Assembly: GCA_900769355.1 (NCBI GenBank)
Contig: CAAGGG010000068.1
Coordinates: 7,478-71,477 of the forward strand
Reading direction: 5' to 3'
Source: Candidatus Gastranaerophilales bacterium
GTDB taxonomy: Bacteria > Cyanobacteriota > Vampirovibrionia > Gastranaerophilales > Gastranaerophilaceae
DNA: 64,000 bases
A model generated the notes under the pieces. The model made no database searches, had not been told where the DNA came from, and saw only the letters and a list, made by a program, of their open reading frames with translations. Each line of letters begins with the position of its first letter. Positions within the stretch are counted from its first letter, which is position 1. Position numbers and translations under genes: made by a program. This document shows positions 1-9,738 of this stretch, one piece after another.

Positions 1-2062
1 CGTTATTTACGTAAACTTCATTTCGTTGTAATTCTGTTCCTTGAAAAGCTTCATAAGCAGTTTTGTATTCATCATTCGGTTTGTAGCCTTCTGCAGCATA
101 GCGAGCATTGATTTTTGCAAGAATAACTTTATCTGTAATTCCGGCATTGGCTTGTGACATAAGAGTTTCGTCTGTATCAGGGATAAAGCCCAATGTTTTG
201 TCATTTGCGGCTTTATCTAAATCAGCTTTGATTGCATTTGCAATTTCAGTTGATTTTTTATTTCCATCTACAGAATTTCCATTTTTGTCAAAATAGTAGG
301 TTTCTCCATCAACAGTAACAGATGTTGAACCGTCTTTTAAATATGTTTTTGTTCCATGACCGGCATCGTTAGCGTCACTTGCTTTAACATAATTATTTCT
401 TAAAATTGTTCTGTCGTCAAATTCTCCGGCTTTTTTACCTCCGGATAGTGTATATTGGTTGCCATGCCAATCGCTAACATTGTATCTGCCATGTTTGTCA
501 CCTTTACGTTGCCCTTCAACGTAATATGCTGTCCCGTTTTTTACAATTCTTTTTTTGCCTGCTCTAACATTTGCGATGTCAGCTCCAACATAGTTGAGTT
601 TTAGGTCTACTCCTTTGCCTCCGTTTGCAAACACATGGATTTTACCTTTGCTGTCTTTTACAATTTTTCTGTTGTAAGCAGCATTTCCTACAACTGTATA
701 TTTTTTACCGTCTTTGGTCCAAGTTTTTCCGGCATCTTTACGGTTTTGTAATCCTAATGCTTTAAGTTGCGCATTTTCAGCTTTTCTTCTAGCTTCTGCT
801 TCTGCACGTTTTTGAGCATCTCTTGCATATTCTGCTTTTGCTTCTTCTGATGTTTTTCTGTTTTGAAGAGCTTTGTGATCTGCATCTACTTCTCTTGGGA
901 TTTTAATAGTGTCGCCAACATTGAAGTATTTTTTACCATTTAAAAGCTCTTTATTTGCATTAATAATATCTTCTTTTTTACAGCCGAATTTTTTTGCAAG
1001 AACATCAATGCTTTCACCATTTTGAACAACAACACCAGTTGTGTTACCTTGTCCATCATAAGCAACTTCGTATTGCTTACCGTCTACAACTTTGCCCTGT
1101 GCAAGTCTTTGTCCATTAGTATTATATTTAGTTAAAACTTCTGTTTTGTTATCTGGATTATTGATTGTTTCAATCATTCCATCTTCGGTGTAGACTTGAT
1201 GAGTTGACTTGTTACCTTCTGTAATTGTAATTTCTTGCGGTTTCCCATTTAATAAAACAGTTACAGTTCTTTTATCTGCTTCTTGGGTAGTTTCTGTTAC
1301 ACTTCCGTTTTCGTTGTACACATAAGAAGATTCGGCTTTGCCGCCGTTACCTTTGTCAATAACTTTTTTTGTGATTCTTGGTTTGCCGTCAATATAGTCA
1401 AAAGTTGAAATTGTAGCACCTTCTGTTACTGTAGATGTTGCTTCTTTGCCATCTTTATAATCAATAACAGTTGTTTTTGTTCCATTAGCTAGGGTTATTG
1501 TTTTTTGTTGAGGTTGGTTGTCGGCAAAAGTTGTTACTTCAGAATCTCCATTTTGTTGTGTGATAGATTCTTTGGTCAATGCTTTGTTTTCATCATAGAA
1601 TTTTGTTGTAACAGCTTGAGATTGCGAATCTGTAGTTGCAATTTGAGAAGTTTTGTCTGGATTTATTGTTTCTTGAGAACCATCTTTGTAAGTGATTAGG
1701 ATAGTTTTTTGTCCATTTTCTTCCAAAACTTGCGATTTTTCGATATTTTCACTGCCTTGAACAAGTTGGTTAACGAATTGGAAAACTTCTTTTTTGTCAA
1801 TGTCTTTTAAGTTATTTTGCTTAAGAAAATTTCCAGCTTCGCGTTTTGACAGTTTTTCATTTCCGGCAGCTGTTTCAAGTTGTTGTGAAAATTTTTGCAT
1901 TTCATCTGCATCAAGAACCCCGTTTTTATCTTTGTCAACCATGTCAAAGATAGCTTGCTGTTGTGCGGATTTAAGCTGATCTCGTTTAATACCGCCTTTG
2001 AAACTTGCGGTATTTACTAAGCCTGCGTTATGTCTACCTTTTCCTAGTTGAATTTCTGTCAT
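1..2062 (-). CDS. Large surface/secreted protein, partial (C-terminus lies beyond the window start). It has an N-terminal EF-hand-like Ca-binding loop, a LysM domain and C-terminal YYxxG-type repeats.
   Basis: Hand translation of the minus strand from ATG at 2062 (SD aaaagga upstream) is open to position 1. It is absent from the ORF track, presumably because it is edge-truncated. The EF-hand loop is DKDKNGVLDADE; the LysM-like segment is VVVQNGESIDVLAKKFGCKKEDIINANKELLNGKKYFNVGDTIKIP. Confidence 0.6.
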   Translation of the reverse strand, partial: MTEIQLGKGRHNAGLVNTASFKGGIKRDQLKSAQQQAIFDMVDKDKNGVLDADEMQKFSQQLETAAGNEKLSKREAGNFLKQNNLKDIDKKEVFQFVNQLVQGSENIEKSQVLEENGQKTILITYKDGSQETINPDKTSQIATTDSQSQAVTTKFYDENKALTKESITQQNGDSEVTTFADNQPQQKTITLANGTKTTVIDYKDGKEATSTVTEGATISTFDYIDGKPRITKKVIDKGNGGKAESSYVYNENGSVTETTQEADKRTVTVLLNGKPQEITITEGNKSTHQVYTEDGMIETINNPDNKTEVLTKYNTNGQRLAQGKVVDGKQYEVAYDGQGNTTGVVVQNGESIDVLAKKFGCKKEDIINANKELLNGKKYFNVGDTIKIPREVDADHKALQNRKTSEEAKAEYARDAQKRAEAEARRKAENAQLKALGLQNRKDAGKTWTKDGKKYTVVGNAAYNRKIVKDSKGKIHVFANGGKGVDLKLNYVGADIANVRAGKKRIVKNGTAYYVEGQRKGDKHGRYNVSDWHGNQYTLSGGKKAGEFDDRTILRNNYVKASDANDAGHGTKTYLKDGSTSVTVDGETYYFDKNGNSVDGNKKSTEIANAIKADLDKAANDKTLGFIPDTDETLMSQANAGITDKVILAKINARYAAEGYKPNDEYKTAYEAFQGTELQRNEVYVNN

Positions 2063-2106
2063 GAAAAATTCCTTTTTACTTACTTAAGTAATATAAATAA
2101 CGGCTC

Positions 2107-2115
2107 GGGGGGGGG
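2107..2115. repeat. G9 homopolymeric tract (C9 on the coding strand of the downstream minus gene), followed by CAATC
   Basis: Read directly from the sequence. It lies 45-55 nt upstream of the ATG at 2062, inside a putative TTGCCC-17-TATATT promoter spacer. Confidence 0.8.
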
Positions 2116-2308
2116 CAATCTTTAACTTTTTTATCTTAATATTAAGGAAAAGTTACAAAAATTTTGACAAAAACCATGAAAACATTTTATTAAAGAGGGT
2201 ATGTCAAGGTTTAATAAAGAAAATTTAAGAAATAGGTACTTGATTTTTATTTTTTACGGAGCATAATATAGATGTTGAGTGTATTTGCTCAACGTACAAA
2301 TTAAATAT

Positions 2309-2385
<77 letters not shown>

Positions 2386-2614
2386 AGTAAAAAGCAATAA
2401 GGATAAGGTTTTCACCTTATCCTTATTTTTATATTTGTTTCTTAAAAAATGTGTTTTGGGTGACTTTTGGGTGACACTATGATTTCTTAGAGTTTTTGGG
2501 GAACAAAAGCTAGTATAGAAAAAATTTAGTAAGCTTAACAATACTCTTACCAATAAAAAAAATCAGAAGTAATTTTTTTGAGGTTGTCACCCATTTTTGA
2601 TTTTGGGTGACAAA

Positions 2615-3125
2615 TTATGAGAAAAGACTCGCATTAATTTTTGCAATTTTTGAATTTGCTTTCTTAAACATATGTTGATAAATTGATTGCGTTACACTAG
2701 GGTTTGCATGTCCTAAATAACCACTTATTGAAACTATATCAACTCCGTAATAGTTCAAAATACTTGCCTGTGCGTGTCTAAATGCATGTGGGTTCATTTT
2801 TGGAATTAGTGGTAATTGCTTTTCTGCAGGCAATTTTTTATTCTGTTCTACAATGATTTTGTTATATTTATCTTGGAAATCAGCGCAATAACCGGTAATA
2901 GAATCAGGGTGCAATGCATATCCACATAACGGCAATAATTTGCGCTGGAACGAAAAAGTGTATTTGACTTAAATTGTTTCTATAAGCATAATCTGCAACT
3001 ATTATTGTAGTGTTATCTGCACCTGTTCCTTGGTGAGCTTGTAATGTTACATATTTTCTTTCCAAAAAACTAATTGGTAATACCCCTACTTTATTTGAAC
3101 CAAGTATTCCCCATTGGATAATCAC
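2615..3125 (-). pseudogene. Tyrosine recombinase (phage integrase), truncated and frameshifted
   Basis: The C-terminal catalytic region HAFRHAQASILNYYGVDIVSISGYLGHANPSVTQSIYQH (R..H..R..Y box) is in ORF 2615-2935. The upstream part (2904-3125) is in another frame. Total length is about 0.5 kb against the roughly 1.1 kb expected. Confidence 0.7.
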
Positions 3126-3159
3126 ACCATTAGTAAAAAAAATACGAAAGGAGAAATAT

Positions 3160-3762
3160 ATGAATTTTTATTATGGATTAGTAGATGAGCAAAATCACGC
3201 TTATGGTTTTGTAGAAGAAACTGACAAGCGAGTAAAACCCGGCATGATATATGTTACAGAGGCCGAATGGAGTAATTTACTCAATGAACAGTCTGCCGGT
3301 AAGCAGATTGTTTTTTATGATAACAGAGTCTTTACGGCTGAGCCTGGTTTGTATTTCATTGATACAAATGGAGTATGGCAAAAAAAAGATACTGATAAAT
3401 TTCAGAAAGAAAAACGTTTACAAGAAATTGAAACAGAACTTGCAACGGCATCTTCCGAATACGAAACCTTGCTTGAAACTCCAGTTGTATATCCAGCAAA
3501 CGGCTTTACTTATAAGCCATCATACGCAAAAGATGATTATTCTGTTTTGATTGGAAATTACGATACTTTTTCAGTTGAAACAATGCCAATTGAAGATAGT
3601 ACACACCTTGCGAGCCATACTGTAAATATGACAAAAAACGAATTGCAAGCATTGGCATTATTTTTAGCACAGAAACAAGTTGAGTATCGAACTGTTTATT
3701 CAACAAAACGTGCAACTTTATTAGCAGAAAAAGAACAGTTAGAAAAAGAATTGGAGGCATAA
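3160..3762 (+). CDS. Phage protein, possibly a tail fibre assembly/chaperone-like protein
   Basis: 200-aa ORF in the prophage remnant. The call rests on weak resemblance to Tfa-type proteins and on position relative to the lysis module. Confidence 0.35.
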   Translation: MNFYYGLVDEQNHAYGFVEETDKRVKPGMIYVTEAEWSNLLNEQSAGKQIVFYDNRVFTAEPGLYFIDTNGVWQKKDTDKFQKEKRLQEIETELATASSEYETLLETPVVYPANGFTYKPSYAKDDYSVLIGNYDTFSVETMPIEDSTHLASHTVNMTKNELQALALFLAQKQVEYRTVYSTKRATLLAEKEQLEKELEA

Positions 3763-4004
3763 TGAAAAAATTAGTTTTTATTTTAGGTCTTTTACTTATT
3801 TGCAGTAAAGCTTATTGTGCTGATATTCAGCCAAAACAGCTTATTGAAATCGAAAACTCCGGTGGGATTGCTATTGTTCAAAAACAACCGAATAATGAAT
3901 GCCAAATGCAAGTCATAAAGATTAAAAAGTCCGGAGGGTTTCTGTTGGTGCAAATTAACGGAAAGATTAAGGATTCTGATGCTTCGGTATCAAACACAAA
4001 ATAG
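3762..4004 (+). CDS. Small secreted or lipoprotein-like phage-region protein
   Basis: Has an N-terminal signal peptide (MKKLVFILGLLLICSKAYC) and is translationally coupled to the upstream gene (ATGA overlap). Confidence 0.4.
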   Translation: MKKLVFILGLLLICSKAYCADIQPKQLIEIENSGGIAIVQKQPNNECQMQVIKIKKSGGFLLVQINGKIKDSDASVSNTK

Positions 4005-4042
4005 TGAAGGTTATTTATTTTATTTGAATTGGAGATTGTAAA

Positions 4043-4558
4043 ATGGGTAGATTTTTGACTGCTCCGGCTAGGACAGAGCAATTACCGCAAAAAGGAATGT
4101 ATAAACTGGTAGATAATGAATTATACGAAGATGATGACAGGTCAATATATCTTCATTGGCGAGGTTTTGAGACAGATAATTTTACTTGGATTAATTCAAG
4201 CGATTGGGATATTAGATGTAGCCATGGACACGATATTGGTAGTAAATATCATCAAATACTGAAAGTTTGCATGTCCTATGATGAACTTATCAGTAAAGGA
4301 TATTTATACCAACATAAAGAAAAGTGGGTTTGTAAAGATATTCCTACAAAATATTTAATGGTTGTTGATGTTTCAGGACACGAAATCAACAACCTTTTTT
4401 ATAGAATGCTCAAATCTGCAGATTGTCCTGTAACTCCTAAATTTATTCAATGTTTATATAGAGCTGGGGTAGCATTCAATTTGAATTGGTTTCTAACTGG
4501 TAAAACAAAAATTGAACCTTGCATGATTTATTGTGATGTTTGGAATAAGGGGGAGTAA
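4043..4558 (+). CDS. Hypothetical protein (prophage moron position)
   Basis: 171-aa ORF between the tail and lysis genes with no recognisable motif. Confidence 0.4.
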   Translation: MGRFLTAPARTEQLPQKGMYKLVDNELYEDDDRSIYLHWRGFETDNFTWINSSDWDIRCSHGHDIGSKYHQILKVCMSYDELISKGYLYQHKEKWVCKDIPTKYLMVVDVSGHEINNLFYRMLKSADCPVTPKFIQCLYRAGVAFNLNWFLTGKTKIEPCMIYCDVWNKGE

Positions 4559-4827
4559 TGGACGAGTATTTTAAATATGGACCTCTTATAATAATGCTAC
4601 TTGGTTTTCTTTGGCAATACAGAATCTTTGTTACTCCAGAACAACTTGAAAAAAAACACCGTGAAATTTTGAGAGAGTGCCGAGATGAATTTGTATCTAT
4701 TGAAGTTTTTAAGGAATTTCAATCAGAAACAAAGGAAGATTTTAAAGAGGTAAAACAGGGTATTGCTGATTTATACAGTAATACAAATGATATTAAAGAA
4801 ATTTTGATGCGAGGGGCAAACAAATGA
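4558..4827 (+). CDS. Holin-like small membrane protein
   Basis: 89 aa with a single N-terminal TM segment (GPLIIMLLGFLWQY). It sits immediately upstream of, and overlaps, the lysozyme gene. Confidence 0.45.
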   Translation: MDEYFKYGPLIIMLLGFLWQYRIFVTPEQLEKKHREILRECRDEFVSIEVFKEFQSETKEDFKEVKQGIADLYSNTNDIKEILMRGANK

Positions 4828-5447
4828 AAACTAGTAACAATGGACTTGCTATAATTAAACATTTTGAAGGTTGTAGCTTAAAAGCATATAAACCAATCCC
4901 TGCTGAAAAAGAATACACTATTGGCTGGGGACATAAATCTTCTGACATAAAATCTGGCATGGTAATATCACAAGAATTAGCTGACAATTTGCTGATTCAA
5001 GACGTTTCTGTTGCCGAAAAATGTGTTCATAAGTTTGTTATAGTCCCACTTACGCAAAATCAATTTGATGCACTTGTTAGCTTTTGCTATAACATCGGCA
5101 GTTATGCATTTAGAGCCTCAACACTTGTCGCAATGCTGAATGCAAATAAATATATTGAAGCATCAAATCAGTTTAGCCGTTGGGTTAAAGGTGATAACGG
5201 CAAAATTTTACAAGGTTTAGTCAAAAGACGAAATATGGAAAAGGAATTATTCCTTAAAGATAGTTGTAAAAAAGCTAAAGTTACGGCTACTGTCTTAAAT
5301 ATTAGGACTGGTGCCGGAACAAATTATAAAGTTGTTGGATATTTACCGAAAAATGCAATAGTGAGCCTCACAGATGCTTCAAATGGTTTTGCGAAATTAT
5401 TAGATGGAAGAGGTTGGGTTTCTCAAAAATATTTAACTTACATGTAA
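4824..5447 (+). CDS. Phage endolysin: GH24 (T4-type) lysozyme with a C-terminal SH3b cell-wall-binding domain
   Basis: Catalytic N-terminus LAIIKHFEGCSLKAYKPIPAEKEYTIGWGH plus QFDALVSFCYNIG. The C-terminal segment ATVLNIRTGAGTNYKVVGYLPKNAIV..GWVSQKYL is SH3b-like. Confidence 0.85.
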   Translation: MKTSNNGLAIIKHFEGCSLKAYKPIPAEKEYTIGWGHKSSDIKSGMVISQELADNLLIQDVSVAEKCVHKFVIVPLTQNQFDALVSFCYNIGSYAFRASTLVAMLNANKYIEASNQFSRWVKGDNGKILQGLVKRRNMEKELFLKDSCKKAKVTATVLNIRTGAGTNYKVVGYLPKNAIVSLTDASNGFAKLLDGRGWVSQKYLTYM

Positions 5448-5510
5448 TAAAAATCTTATTATAAAACTATTGTTTTCATAATAAGCTCCTTTCTTATTTC
5501 TATGAAACAC

Positions 5511-5548
5511 AAGGTGGTTGGGTTGCAAAACTCAGCCACCTTTTTTTA
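5511..5548 (+). terminator. Rho-independent terminator after the lysozyme gene
   Basis: AGGTGG..CCACCT stem followed by a T7 run. Confidence 0.6.
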
Positions 5549-5565
5549 TTTATGTTATACTAGGA

Positions 5566-5797
5566 CTAACACAGAGTAAAAGATGCTCTCCGAAACGGAA
5601 CTTACTACATTAATAATGTAAGACTTCGGGTTAGTTCCCGACTAGGAAGGGGGTCGATATGGATAAATTCAATTTAAGTTTATTTTTAATCTTTTTGATT
5701 TTATTTATATTAAAAAACGGCTCTAAATCAAATGATTAAGAACCGTTAGACTTCGTCCAGAGCATCTGGTAGCTTCGGTAACTACCACTCTGTGTTT
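5566..5797 (+). ncRNA. Candidate structured sRNA of about 230 nt, family unrecognised
   Basis: TGnTATACT extended -10 at about 5551-5559. The 5' AACACAGAGT (5571) pairs perfectly with the 3' ACTCTGTGTT (5783) and GATGCTCT pairs with AGAGCATC. There are several internal hairpins with UUCG loops, a T-run after the closing helix and no ORF. Confidence 0.35.
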
Positions 5798-5844
5798 TTA
5801 TTATAAACGATATTTTCAAAATATTCAACCTTAATAGACAAAAA

Positions 5845-6027
5845 TTATAAAGATTTATTTCGATTTCTGAAATCGGTTAAACAATTTTCAAGAAATTCTT
5901 TCTCTTCGGGAGTAACTCTTTTATAAAAGACTACGGTTTCAGGTTTAAGTTTTACCCCTTTTTTACGTCCACCATTCCTCCACCCACCACGGGTGTTTTC
6001 AGAACCTATTATATATTCTTCTGCCAT
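5845..6027 (-). CDS. Small hypothetical protein (60 aa, basic)
   Basis: ATG at 6027 with SD AAAGGA. The product starts MAEEYIIGSENTRGGWRNGGRKKG... and no family was recognised. Confidence 0.35.
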   Translation of the reverse strand: MAEEYIIGSENTRGGWRNGGRKKGVKLKPETVVFYKRVTPEEKEFLENCLTDFRNRNKSL

Positions 6028-6640
6028 AAGTAATCCTTTCAAATTTCTTAATATTGGTAAAAATAGACTTGAAAAATATAAGAAATCGTTTAAAATGTAA
6101 ATAAAGGCAAGGGGTGTCGTTACCACCCCAAGCACCATTCTAAAGAATGGATTTGATGAGATGAACTATTGCTAGTATTAGTAATAGTTCTTTTTCGTTG
6201 ATTTCAATTAGCATTTTGTCCTCCTTTCTTCGCTAACTGAATTTTTGCCTTTATTTAATTTTCAATGTTCCTTACTCTTTAATTATACACTATTTATTGT
6301 TTTAATGCAAGCATTAAAACAATAAATAGAAGGAATTTGTTACAATGCTTAATGTTTATTTGCAAGCATTTTAACATTAAGCGTTAAGTCCTAACTAACA
6401 AAATTTCATGAAAACTATCAGAAAAAAAATATTGTGTTATAATTTTTATGGATAATATAATTAACAATAAAGATGAAAAGGAATATAAAAAAATGGGTGA
6501 CTTTTGGGTGACAATTTTATAAAAAAATACTAAAAATGGCATAATTTTATAAAAAATCACAAAAGGTCAAAAAGTCCGAAATCCTTTTTTTACAAGGTTT
6601 GCAAGAAATTATGAGAAATTACAAAAAGCGAAATTGTGAA

Positions 6641-6685
6641 CTCATAACCCGAAGGTCGTTGGTTCAAATCCAGCTCCCGCAACCA
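6641..6685 (+). repeat. Partial tRNA-fMet 3' half (att site duplicate)
   Basis: Exact 45-bp copy of 2341-2385. Confidence 0.9.
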
Positions 6686-6756
6686 TTTTAAAGGGATTGA
6701 TTTAAGGACTTGTCTATGAATTTATCCCTTTTATTGTTGATTGACTTTGGATATAT

Positions 6757-7659
6757 ATGATTATTTTTATTGATGAAAATGATGAGAACAAAAGATTAGA
6801 TAGCTTTTTGGCGGAAGTTACAATTGATTTGTCACGTTCGAAAATTCAAAGTTTTATAAAATCAGGTAATATTAGTGTTAATGGCGTGCCTAAAAAAGCA
6901 TCATATCTTCTTAAAGAAGATGATAAGGTCGTATTTGAAATTCCACGAACTAGTGAAATCAAGATTGAACCTGAAAATATCCCACTTGAAGTAGTTTACG
7001 ATGATGAAAATATGTTAGTTGTAAACAAACCGTCCGGCATGCTCACTCACCCGACAACTATCGAAAAATCAGGAACTTTGGTCAATGCTCTTTTGTATAA
7101 ATATGGTGAAAATCTTTCTGATATAAACGGCGAATTTCGTCGTGGAATTCTTCATAGGCTTGATAGGAACACGTCCGGACTTTTGATGGTTGCTAAAAAC
7201 AACAAGGCACATGAGTTTTTGGCAAATCAAATTAAAAATCATACGATTACCAAAAAATATCGTGCGATTGCAAAAGGTGTTATAGTCCAAGATGAGTTTG
7301 AAATAAATTCACCAATCGGGAGAAACCCAAATCAGCCACATAAAATGGCCGTTAGAGAAGATGGAAAACCTTCAAGGACGATTGTTAAGGTGTTGGAAAG
7401 GTTCAAAGAGGCAACTTATGTTGAGCTTACGCTCGTGACAGGTCGAACTCATCAAATTAGAGTTCATTTGAAGAGCATTAATCACCCGATATATAACGAT
7501 AGTTTATACGGTGCCGGACAAGGGAAAGTTAAGACCGAAGAGCAAGTTTTGCAATCATTCTTTCTTCGCTTTACAAAACCGTTTGGTGATGAAATAATAG
7601 AGTTGGAAATAGAACCTGATGAAAAAATTCAAAAGGTTTTAAAATATTTAAGGAGCTAA
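6757..7659 (+). CDS. rluD: RluA-family 23S rRNA pseudouridine synthase (RluD/RluC-like) with an N-terminal S4 domain
   Basis: Motifs VVNKPSGMLTHP, HRLDRNTSGLLMVAKN, KKYRAIAKG and GRTHQIRVH. Confidence 0.85.
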   Translation: MIIFIDENDENKRLDSFLAEVTIDLSRSKIQSFIKSGNISVNGVPKKASYLLKEDDKVVFEIPRTSEIKIEPENIPLEVVYDDENMLVVNKPSGMLTHPTTIEKSGTLVNALLYKYGENLSDINGEFRRGILHRLDRNTSGLLMVAKNNKAHEFLANQIKNHTITKKYRAIAKGVIVQDEFEINSPIGRNPNQPHKMAVREDGKPSRTIVKVLERFKEATYVELTLVTGRTHQIRVHLKSINHPIYNDSLYGAGQGKVKTEEQVLQSFFLRFTKPFGDEIIELEIEPDEKIQKVLKYLRS

Positions 7660-7663
7660 TCTT

Positions 7664-8026
7664 ATGCAAATAATATCGATTTTGACAGTTTTGATTTTGT
7701 GTTTTTTAATCTTGATGAATTTTCAAGATACGGCCGGAATAACTCTTTTGAGCAGTAAAATTGGAGCTCTGCTAAGTCTTACGCCACAAACATTTACGAT
7801 GAATATGGCGTTGTATACGTTAATTGTTTTTATTTTGGGGCAGGCTTCAGCAATATTCTTTTTTGTTCCGTTGTATAAGTCTTTGAAAGAAAAATATAAT
7901 GCATACAAAAGAGAGTTGGAAAAAGGTTCGATTTCAAACTCTTCTGCCGAGGCAAAAATTCAGGTTTTGGAAAATAAAATTACAGTGCTTGAAAAAGCTC
8001 TTGATGACGCGTTGAAAAATAATTAA
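7664..8026 (+). CDS. Small membrane protein with a C-terminal coiled coil (LapA/DUF1049-like?)
   Basis: Two TM segments followed by a charged heptad-repeat tail. Confidence 0.4.
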   Translation: MQIISILTVLILCFLILMNFQDTAGITLLSSKIGALLSLTPQTFTMNMALYTLIVFILGQASAIFFFVPLYKSLKEKYNAYKRELEKGSISNSSAEAKIQVLENKITVLEKALDDALKNN

Positions 8027-8147
8027 TTAAAGTTTTAAATTTCCTTTTTCATAAGGACAGAAATTTATTACAATGGTTTACAAAAAAGAACCCTTCAATT
8101 TTGAAGAGTTCTTTTCAATTTTGTTTAATTTTGTCTAAATCTAAATC

Positions 8148-8420
8148 TTAAGCTTCTTGTTGAGCTTCTTTCTGCTGGTTGATAAGGTTTTGAAGTTTTT
8201 CTTTTATTTCGTCACCTTTTCTTTGCATATCAGAAACAACGTCGTCTGCTTTTGATTGAATTTCTTTTACTGTTTCATCTGCACGTCTTACGGCATCTTT
8301 TGCACTATCTGCGATTAGCGCACGAGTTTCTTCACCTGATTTTGGTGCAAGTAAAATCCCTGCAACGGCACCGATTGCACCGCCTACTATAAAACCTGCT
8401 AAAAATTTAGTTGCTGACAT
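8148..8420 (-). CDS. YtxH-domain protein
   Basis: Starts FLAGFIVGGAIGAVAGILLAPKSGEETR followed by a charged helix. It is paralogous to 8858-9175. Confidence 0.7.
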   Translation of the reverse strand: MSATKFLAGFIVGGAIGAVAGILLAPKSGEETRALIADSAKDAVRRADETVKEIQSKADDVVSDMQRKGDEIKEKLQNLINQQKEAQQEA

Positions 8421-8486
8421 AATTTATTACTCCTTTACGTTTTTTATTGTAACAGTCTTTTGGCAATATAAAATCACCGATGACGG

Positions 8487-8843
8487 CTATTTTCGAAACA
8501 TCTTATAAGCCGTCGTAAAGCCTTTGAATAAGCCACCAAGTAGTGTTCCTGATACCATCTTGGTTTTATTCAGAAAGCTTCCTATTGCACTTTTAAAGTC
8601 GCCAACATTTTTATCGGTACTTTTTACAATCTCGTTTATAGAGTTTAATGTTTGGTTTAATTCCTTCAATGTTGGTTTAAGTTCTGTATTAACGATATTT
8701 GAAGTTTCCTTCAAGTTTTTTGCCAAAGCCGAAAGGTCAATCAATAGTTTTACCAAAAAACCTGCAACTACGATTACGATAACTCCCGTAGCCCAAGCAA
8801 GAAAGGTCAAACCGTGATTTAAGGCAATTTGTGACATCTCCAT
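8487..8843 (-). CDS. DUF948-family membrane protein
   Basis: An N-terminal TM segment followed by a coiled region. It has the typical YtxH/DUF948 neighbourhood. Confidence 0.55.
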   Translation of the reverse strand: MEMSQIALNHGLTFLAWATGVIVIVVAGFLVKLLIDLSALAKNLKETSNIVNTELKPTLKELNQTLNSINEIVKSTDKNVGDFKSAIGSFLNKTKMVSGTLLGGLFKGFTTAYKMFRK

Positions 8844-8857
8844 TTAGTTATTTCCTT

Positions 8858-9175
8858 TTAATTCTCGCAATTGTACTCATCGTCCATTTCTTCAAGCTCT
8901 TTAGCTTTAAGAAGTTTCTTTGATTTTACCATATTGTTAAATTTTCTGAATTGTCTTTCTAGCTTATATTTCATCAAATCAATATTTTCTAGTGCTTGTT
9001 TTTTAGCATCTTTAATTGCAGGAGAATTTTTTTCATAAAATTCGCAAGCAGCGTCTTTAAGTTCTTTTCTGGATTCTTCTCCTGATTTTGGAGCATAAAG
9101 CACTCCTGCAACCAAACCGCCTACAACACCGGCAAGCAAGCCCATTGCAAATACAAATGATTTGTTTTTACTCAT
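8858..9175 (-). CDS. YtxH-domain protein
   Basis: Starts MGLLAGVVGGLVAGVLYAPKSGEESR. Confidence 0.7.
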   Translation of the reverse strand: MSKNKSFVFAMGLLAGVVGGLVAGVLYAPKSGEESRKELKDAACEFYEKNSPAIKDAKKQALENIDLMKYKLERQFRKFNNMVKSKKLLKAKELEEMDDEYNCEN

Positions 9176-9284
9176 AACATAACCTCATCTTTCAATTATC
9201 ATTCTAACATATTTTTTAAGAATTTCAACCCTTGTGGTGGATAGAATTATAAAAGGTTGAAATTTGTTTGAAAATAGGGTAAGA

Positions 9285-9738
9285 TGAATATACATGAATA
9301 ATTCAACCGAAACAAACTATGCATCTATGCCTCTTGGCATCTTTGCATCTAAATCATTTTTTCGCAAGACTAATCTTGGCGGGGTAGGTACCCCGCCCTA
9401 CGTTGCTTCCTATAAAATAAGTATAGACAAATGAATAAAAACGGGTATAATAACACATGTGCACAGTAAAAAAGAAGGTGAGCTTTGTTACGAGAAATTT
9501 ATTTAGAAATGCTTTAGGGGGGGGCAAGCGTCTAGGATTTCGTTTAGTAGAGGGGGTTAATGATTTAGTAGCTAGCCGTCTAGCCGCCTTCACTCTCGCT
9601 GAAGTCTTAATTACCCTCGGCATTTCGATTATTGAAATAATATTATCAAAACGCCAAAGAGTTAATTTTACTCCTTGGCATTTTGATTTAAGTTATTTGC
9701 CGCAGGACGTACATTTTGGTTGTACGGGGGCAATGTAA
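9285..9738 (+). pseudogene. Scrambled remnant of a long-leader type IV pilin-like gene
   Basis: A leader fragment MNNSTETNYASMPLGIFASK.. ends in a stop at 9427. The G8-CAAGCGTCTAG motif is at 9516. A..AAFTLAEVLITLG (9585) then degenerates. Confidence 0.6.
9516..9523. repeat. G8 tract followed by CAAGCGTCTAGG
   Basis: Same motif as 14879-14899. Confidence 0.8.

Larger units (their letters stand above)
2386..6685. mobile_element. Degenerate prophage or integrative-element remnant integrated at tRNA-fMet
   Basis: The 45-bp 3' half of the tRNA (2341-2385) is repeated exactly at 6641-6685 as an attL/attR-like direct repeat. Between the copies lie an integrase pseudogene, a tail-fibre-assembly-like gene and a holin-lysozyme cassette. 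GGGTGACTTTTGGGTGACA arm-type repeats occur at both ends (2461, 6494; inverted at 2586-2612). Confidence 0.75.

Noticed and set aside
5566-5797. tmRNA/SRP/RNase P identity for the structured region
   Set aside because: It lacks a tRNA-like 3' end (GGTTCGANTCC...CCA) and tag ORF, the SRP GGAAGCAGC domain IV motif, and RNase P conserved regions. The size is wrong for tmRNA and RNase P. It is kept only as an unclassified sRNA candidate.
9388-9407. The 20-bp palindrome GGCGGGGTAGGTACCCCGCC, with a relative at 28844-28863 (GGCGGGGTAAGTACCTCGCC), as an independent regulatory site
   Set aside because: Only two copies were seen and they have different contexts (pilin remnant leader versus the intergenic region after the TPR/NHL gene). 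They are noted as part of the hairpin-repeat background, not called as a feature.
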